Shown here piece after piece: positions 57,241 through 64,000 of a stretch of DNA of 64,000 nucleotides. Both the position numbers and the translations under genes were made by a program. Origin of the DNA: Adineta vaga (Eukaryota > Animalia > Rotifera). The notes under the pieces were generated by a model, which was not told the origin of the DNA, made no database searches, and saw only the letters and a program-made list of their open reading frames with translations. The number at the start of each line of letters is the position of its first letter. Positions within the stretch are counted from its first letter, which is position 1. Location of the stretch: assembly GCA_021613535.1 (NCBI GenBank), contig CP075492.1, positions 7,006,001-7,070,000 of the forward strand, in the 5' to 3' direction.

Positions 57241-59304
57241 TTGATTTTTGTTCTAATTATAACTGTTCATCTAAAAATAAGAACATTAAAGATTAATTAT
57301 CAGAATTCGATACAATTATCAGATCTTTAGTACATAAAACTCAATATTATCGTCAGTTCTGTTCAAAAACTGATTAGGATCATGTATGGATTTGTTCCAT
57401 TGTTTGATCAATCCGAACAATGAACATCGATTCAGTATATGAAAACAAAAATTAAATTGGAAAATATTATTATAACTAGTATTACTTATTGAAAATAATC
57501 AAAACAAGAAAAACAACTTCTCATAGAGTGAGTTTCAAAAAAGATGATGTAGATATGTTCGTAAAAAAACGATCGAATCAGAAAATAAACAACTATGTAT
57601 TTCTCTTTTACGAAGCTAAAAGTATTGATTTCAATAGATGTCACTCTTATCCGATGGGAAAGACTTCTGAATATATATATATATATACTGTCGATGTGAA
57701 GCATTGAAAACAGAATTTATCATTATTGTGCCTTACTTTTGGATATAATCTATCAGAAATTGTTTAACCATCTGAACAAAATTCGTATTTGTAGGTATCG
57801 TTGTTTTTTTAGTTTTAACGTCAGTAAATAATTGATTATAATTCATTTTATGTTTATATATTATGTAAACAATAACTATTGAAGCACTTTTCGAGAAATA
57901 ACAGAAACGCAATGTATTAATAGTTTGGAATTGTTTTGTTCACTCTCAGAAATAAAACCCAAATGTTTCTTGAATGCAATTTGTTAGAGTTTGTTCAAAA
58001 GAATTATTGATTTCTATGATTTTCTAAGCGATTCTATAGAATTTGCCTTTCATACCTTTACTTAATATTTAAATCGATTAATTTATTCATATCAACACCA
58101 GATTTCCGCAATCCCAAGTAGCTATTATCAATAATATAATTCCGAGGTTAGCATCCAAGTTCTATGGTTCAGCTGAGATACAGATAATTTCTATAAAGAT
58201 GCTCGAGATATAGATCGTCGAATTGTTTCCATGATTTGCATTAGAATTCTTGCTCTTAACTAGTACCTATTTATCTATATGTTTCCTCGATGTACAGCAT
58301 GAGATAATCTTCATGAATTAACTACTTAGAAACAATACAATGCAAAACGTTTATGAGAAAATAAGGAATAATATTGTATTGTATAAACTTGATCTACACA
58401 TTGGCTATCAGCAAGTATACATCAATGAGAAGAATATATTTCATGGAAGAAAATATTAATACTTTTGATGCTTGATTAATCTAAGTGAATATGATTGTAA
58501 TAGGTTACAGAATTATACGATGCTAAATTCTTTTTCTTACTAACATATATACCTATTGAAAAAGAACATGAAGATATGCACAGTTATATCATCAATCGCT
58601 AGATTCTACAAAATATTTGAATATATTTTTTGGAATAATCATGAAAGTATGGTTTAAAAGACAATCATGTATTGTTTGATAACTCGTAGTAAAGATCAGT
58701 TGAAATTAAGTACGTCACAGCGAGACAATATGTAAAGCTCTACAAGTAGCTGAAAGAAAATGAATTTCTATTGTATTGAAATATAGTTTTTTCATACAGC
58801 TCTAAAGCAAACTAGGATGTATATATTGAAAAATCCTGAATATAATGTTAGACCGTAGAAAGAAAAAGATTTATTATTTGTAGCACATTTTGTATCTGAA
58901 GTTCTATTATCGAAAGGTTCATCGATGCTTTTATTTTGTGATTTCATTCAAGTCATCTAACGAAGTAAACTTATAGGATGATACAATTTGAAGCTACATG
59001 CGTGCAATGTTTATTATAATTAAGCACTTTTTTTTATAGATTCGAAAGAAATAGAACGGTGATATAATATAAAATACAAAAAAAAGAAAAGTAATGAAGG
59101 ACAAATGGAGAAAAAAAGAGGAAGAGAAAAGGAAATGTAAATGCATCACGTTGTACCATTTTCTTTTCTCTTTTTTCACTAATCAACAGACCAACACTAC
59201 GTCAAGAGAAGCAACTTGTGTCTAGTTATCATTCACTTCACTCGATTCAAACGAAAAGATTGACCAAGATGATCGATTGATTTTTACCTACTCTCCGTTT
59301 ATTC

Positions 59305-60672
59305 ATGCGTTTTAAAAGAGGAATTACTAGTTGTCGAACAACTAACTCTAAGAACCTAATACTTCTATTTGGACGGATAAGATTTACATTGTTATTTATC
59401 TTTTCCATTTACTGTATGCTCTCTTTTCATCGTTTAACTCACTCTATTCATTCGATATTCTATAATAAAAGAATTAATATTATAATGAAGATTTCGTTTC
59501 ATAAAACAACAGTAAATGCACTAAACAACATCAGCGTCACAGAACTCTCTGGTGAATATGAACAAACAATTCCTCTAGTAACAATAAACAAGACCATATA
59601 CAAGTATGATGTTGAGCAACTTTATTTTGCACTTACAACAAATACTAAACGAATACTGAAAACGATTCATTTTTTAAAATTCTGGGCGACACTTCCAGGT
59701 ATCAAATGTTTAATCGTTTTTGAAAAAGAAGATTTTTTGAAAAATAGAAATATTACAGAATTACTTATGCGTGAGGGCATTCCATGTCGAATAATAGTAT
59801 CAAACGTTAAATATTATGAAAAAAGATATCTTCAATTATTTCATTATGCTTGGGAAAGTCAAAATATGAATGAAAGTAATGCAATACAATGGTTTGCAGT
59901 AGGTGATGATGATACTATTTGGTTTATAGATAATCTATTAGATACACTACGGCAATATGATTCATCACAAAATATCTATTTAGGAAATATTTCTGATAGA
60001 AAACGTCAAATCATTTACCATGGTTCATTTTTTGCTTATGGAGGTGGTGGTATCTTATTGAGTCGTCCATTAACTTTATTATACTCAAAACACATTCATA
60101 AATCAAACTATTTTCTCAATACAAAAGCATATGGTGGTGATGGTATGATTGGAAAATATATTGCTGATATTTTGAAAGTAAATTTAACGGGAAACATTCA
60201 TTTTCTACAAATGGATCATTTCGGTGATATGACTGGTTATTTGGAAAGTGGTATCGATGGCTTTGTCTCATTTCATCATATGTACTCGTTATGGCAACCA
60301 TTTCCCAATAATTTTAAAAATGATATAAATAAAACAATGCATATTTTAAAAATTGGATATAATACATTTGAGAGAAATTTCTTAAAAAGATATGTGCGAT
60401 TTAATCGAAAATTGAATCAAACATTCTTATTAACACTAGGCTATTCATTTAGTATATTCAATCGAATTTTATCGATTACAGAACTCGATCAAGTCGAAAA
60501 TACATGGCATGGTACAGAAATGACATCAAGAATAAGTAGACCAAATGAACCTAACAAAATAACGTGGTATTTTCGAAATGTAACATACGAAATGTTTCAT
60601 GGTTCAAAACTATTACAAGCAATTTATCAAAATAAACAATTTCAAACTATAAATATGCTATTTATGAATTAG
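59305..60672 (+). CDS. Intronless GT31/Fringe-like (DUF604-type) glycosyltransferase, type II membrane
   Basis: N-terminal TM; WFAVGDDDTIWF..NL...L..YD....YLG..S; AYGGGGILLSRPL; G.GD; F.QMD..GD..GYLESG..SFHH. Confidence 0.88.
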   Translation: MRFKRGITSCRTTNSKNLILLFGRIRFTLLFIFSIYCMLSFHRLTHSIHSIFYNKRINIIMKISFHKTTVNALNNISVTELSGEYEQTIPLVTINKTIYKYDVEQLYFALTTNTKRILKTIHFLKFWATLPGIKCLIVFEKEDFLKNRNITELLMREGIPCRIIVSNVKYYEKRYLQLFHYAWESQNMNESNAIQWFAVGDDDTIWFIDNLLDTLRQYDSSQNIYLGNISDRKRQIIYHGSFFAYGGGGILLSRPLTLLYSKHIHKSNYFLNTKAYGGDGMIGKYIADILKVNLTGNIHFLQMDHFGDMTGYLESGIDGFVSFHHMYSLWQPFPNNFKNDINKTMHILKIGYNTFERNFLKRYVRFNRKLNQTFLLTLGYSFSIFNRILSITELDQVENTWHGTEMTSRISRPNEPNKITWYFRNVTYEMFHGSKLLQAIYQNKQFQTINMLFMN

Positions 60673-60843
60673 ATTTAGTTAAAATAATAATGATTCTATA
60701 TATGAAATCTAAAATGATGCAGTCATAATGCGTGAAATGCAAAGCTCGCATTTCACGTCAATCTTTATTCATCGAACCATAAAAAAATACTAGTCTTTCT
60801 AAATGCAGTAATTCGCACGAATACTAATATGTCCTTCCCATAT

Positions 60844-61079
60844 TTATTCATGTGTTACCGATCTGCTTGCCCTTGCAATCACCGGAGCTCCTGCATCAGT
60901 TGCCGGTTCAGATGAATCAGTTTTCACTGCAGGAGCGTTATTTTTCTGGGCAGAGCCTGCTGTTTCTTGATTCGATTGACTGACTCTATAGTAAGTAAAG
61001 TAGAAAATTCAATGCATATGTTTTTCAAAACTCACTCTTTAGAAGATTCGTCGTTTTTATTTTTACGTGCTTCATCCAT
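60844..61079 (-). CDS. Small (~60 aa) hydrophilic, low-complexity two-exon protein
   Basis: MDEARKNKNDESSK(E)/VSQSNQETAGSAQKNNAPAVKTDSSEPATDAGAPVIARASRSVTHE*; canonical gtgag...tag intron; GC above background. Confidence 0.5.
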
Positions 61080-61399
61080 TTTGATCAATACAGAAATGAT
61101 TGAGAGAGAGTGAAAGAAAAAAGACCTGACGACTTTTTCTATTTTGCTTAAAAATACACCACTATATATATATGTATATATTTAACTGAAAAAATTAAAC
61201 TAACAATCATTCGATGTGAAGCAAATCACGTGTGCTTTTTTGAAAGACAGAATGTAAAAACAAGGTTTGTGATTGTTTATACTGTAGGTTTTCTTCTTCT
61301 CTTAAAATAAGATGAAAGGATGAATGTTTATAATTATATGTCACGCAAAGAAATTACAGGTGAAAATCGGATTCGTCTACATTCGTTTATGAATGAATC

Positions 61400-61835
61400 C
61401 AACGACAAAACGATAGAAAATAGTTTAAGATAATAATTCAAAATTTCCATATGATTCGATGATATCTGTTCTTGCATTTCAATAAGATCATTTTTCCAAG
61501 ATTTTTGTGTTTCGTCATCAATCTTATGCTCTCACGAATTTTTTCTGCATTTTCAATAAACAAATATCTAATCGTTCATTGCATTTAATAACTAAATCAA
61601 ATTCTTTATTATCAACTAAACTCGAAATTTTTACAATACTTTCACGTGCAAGAGATCGAATAGTTTTAACATTTTCTCGATTGAATAAATCATCATTATC
61701 AAGCATTTCTATTGCCATATACTCAATATGTCTACCATTATTGACTAATGCTTGTAATAATTCTCTATATCCTTCAGCTCCGGGTATAGTTGTTTTCTTT
61801 CGTAATATAGAAGCAAAATAAACTAATAAATCTTC
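61400..61835 (-). pseudogene. Frameshifted fragment of an unknown alpha-helical protein
   Basis: DLLVYFASILRKKTTIPGAEGYRELLQALV...NERLDI continues in other frames as FIENAEKIRE and HKIDDETQKSWKNDLIEMQEQI. No clear start. Confidence 0.35.
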
Positions 61836-62045
61836 AAGAAGAAAATGATAAAAATCGAATAGAACAAAAAGAAAAAGAACGCACTGATTTACTAATCCAT
61901 AAAATTTTATATTATTGTCGATAATCTTTTTTCTTTGTATGTCAATGAAATAGAAAAGAAAAGATAATAATGAAAATACTCATGTTATAACATTATTCAT
62001 TTTTTTTAACAACCTGAAGGAGAGCACTCGAAAAAGAGAATAACA

Positions 62046-64000
62046 ATGGTGTTGTCTGTGCTTTTTATTCATCTGATTATATTTATCTGTACTATTCCGT
62101 TGGTACGAAATCAACAAACAAATAATTTCTCTTGTGAAATACGACCATCACAAGCAGATACAACAGAGAAATTACGAGCTTTACGTGCTCATTTAATTAG
62201 TTACGATCTATTTGCTTATGTCATTTTTTCTCAAGATGAACATGATAGTGAATATGTACAATTATATGATGAACGACGAGCATGGATTACAGGTTTTCTT
62301 GGTTCTGCTGGAACTGCTGTTGTTACACGAGATAATGCTGCATTATGGACCGATGGACGATATTGGACACAAGCAGAAGATGAACTTGATTGTAAAAACT
62401 GGTACCTTATGCGTCAAGGACAATCAGGTGTACCTTCATTAACTAGTTGGTTGGCAAGTCAAGTTAGTGGTACACCACCATATAATCAAGTTGGTGTGGC
62501 TGCTCAGTTTGCTTCATCAAGTTGGTGGTCAGGAGTAAATGATGTTCTTAATTCCAAGAATGCTACATTAGTAGAAGTCAGTGAACTGATTGATTTAATC
62601 TGGAAATCACCTGAAAGACCAACAGCTGCAGCTAATCCAGTTTTTCATCATTCAATCGAATATGCAGGTGAGACTTGGAATGTAAGAGTCAATACGATTG
62701 CTCAACTTGTACAAGCCAAAAAAGCAGATGCTTTTATTGTAACAGTACTCGATGAAAATGCTTGGTTATTCTGTTTACGTGGTTCTGATATTCCATATAA
62801 TCCTTTTTTTAAAGTAGAGATACAAATGTTTATTTTATATTTTTACTAAAATTTTATATTTAGTCTTATGCAATAGTTTATGCAAATGGAACAGCACATC
62901 TTTGGATGAATAAAAATCAATTAGATTCATCGGCACAGACGATATTACAAAACGTCAGCATTCATCCATACACATCATTTCTATCCGATCTACTCGTACT
63001 AGCTAATCGAAATGATATATCGAAAATATGGTTTTCATCATCTGCATCTCAAGCTATCTATAATCGAATTCCAGCTGAGAAACGTTTAATTGCGAGTAAG
63101 TCTGCTTAATTTCATAGTTATAATAAAACTATCCGAATTCATCTAGGTTCACCAGTCGAACTAAAGAAAGCAATAAAAAATCCCACTGAACAACAAGGCA
63201 TGCGTAATTGTGGTATTAGAGATAGTGTTGCACGTGTACGACATTTAGTTTGGCTTGAAGATCAATTGAATAAAAATATTTTCATTAATGAAACACGATC
63301 AGCTGATGAACTTGAACGATTTCAAAGCGAAGAACAATTATTTCAAACACTTAGTTTCGATGCAATCTCAGCATTCGGACCCAATGGTGCAATTATTCAT
63401 TACAGTCCAAAAGCAACAACAGCGGCACAAATTACTAAAAGTGGACTTTATTTACTTGATGCTGGTGCTCAATATCTTGATTGTACAACCGATGTTACGC
63501 GTACACATGTTTTCGGTACAGCAACACAAGAACAAAAGAAAGCTTATACACTTGTCTTTCAAGGTAACAACAAAAATGCTACTCTTTGCTTGGAAAACCA
63601 CTTGTTCTTTTTTTCTCTCTTTGCCAGGTTCGACTGATTTAGCCGATGCAATCTTTCCATATGGAGTCTACGGTCGAAGTCTTGATATTCTAGCTCGTCA
63701 ATCTCTTTACAAGAATTTTATGGACTATAATCATGGTACTGGACATGGCATTGGCCATTATCTTTCTGTTCACGAAGGTCCCTCATTTATTTCTATGGGT
63801 TATAGTTCAAGTGATATTCCGTTGATAGATGGCTTAGTATTTTCTGATGAACCTGGTTTCTATCTACCAGGTCAATTTGGTATTCGACTTGAAACGGATA
63901 TTATGGTGAAAAATTATACATTAAAAAATAATTATGGTGGTTCAACTGCACAATTTCTTCATTTTGAAATGTTAACCTGGGTTCCATTTGAACGAAATTT
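62046..64000 (+). CDS. Xaa-Pro aminopeptidase (aminopeptidase P, XPNPEP2-like, with signal peptide); 3' end beyond the window
   Basis: DEHDSEYV...RRAWITGF.GSAGTAVVT...ALWTDGRYW.QA, LRGSDIPYNP, GAIIHY, DAGAQY.D.TTDVTRT, HGTGHGIG..LSVHEGP, SDEPGFY...FGIRLE. Confidence 0.93.

Noticed and set aside
57300-59000. Short ORFs and coding-like patches (57489-57707, ~58100-58320)
   Set aside because: No recognisable domain or consistent exon chain.

Overview
AT-rich, gene-dense animal genomic DNA with many short (~50-70 nt) GT-AG introns. The gene content (F-box/LRR relic, PAN-LamG protein, intronless DUF604-type glycosyltransferase) suggests a bdelloid rotifer; this is inference. Gene spans below are my own exon reconstructions, because the ORF track only shows fragments. 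Conserved genes: eIF3c-like, MRPS27, SBF/MTMR5-13, WAVE/SCAR, nicastrin, BCAT, TMEM216/80-like, Nkx6, GST-theta, WDR47, APLF, HGSNAT, TIM17 and an aminopeptidase P cut by the window end. Between MRPS27 and SBF (~7.2-21.4 kb) lies an accessory block of surface and secreted genes. Its most notable member is a minus-strand gene (10101-15793) almost invisible in the ORF track. It encodes an N-terminal transmembrane helix, a Cys-containing stalk, 20 EGF repeats each on its own exon, and a C-terminal Hedgehog-type Hog (Hint + SRR-like) autoprocessing domain: an 'EGF-hog'. This copy has a 1-nt frameshift in one skippable EGF exon and two other splice/frame anomalies, so whether it is functional needs checking. 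Other notable items: a calpain-15 copy with its catalytic Cys segment deleted, a shortened eIF3c paralog, a duplicated bidirectional promoter between SBF and WAVE, a highly divergent Rel-homology/IPT protein, and a CBM1-like secreted protein.
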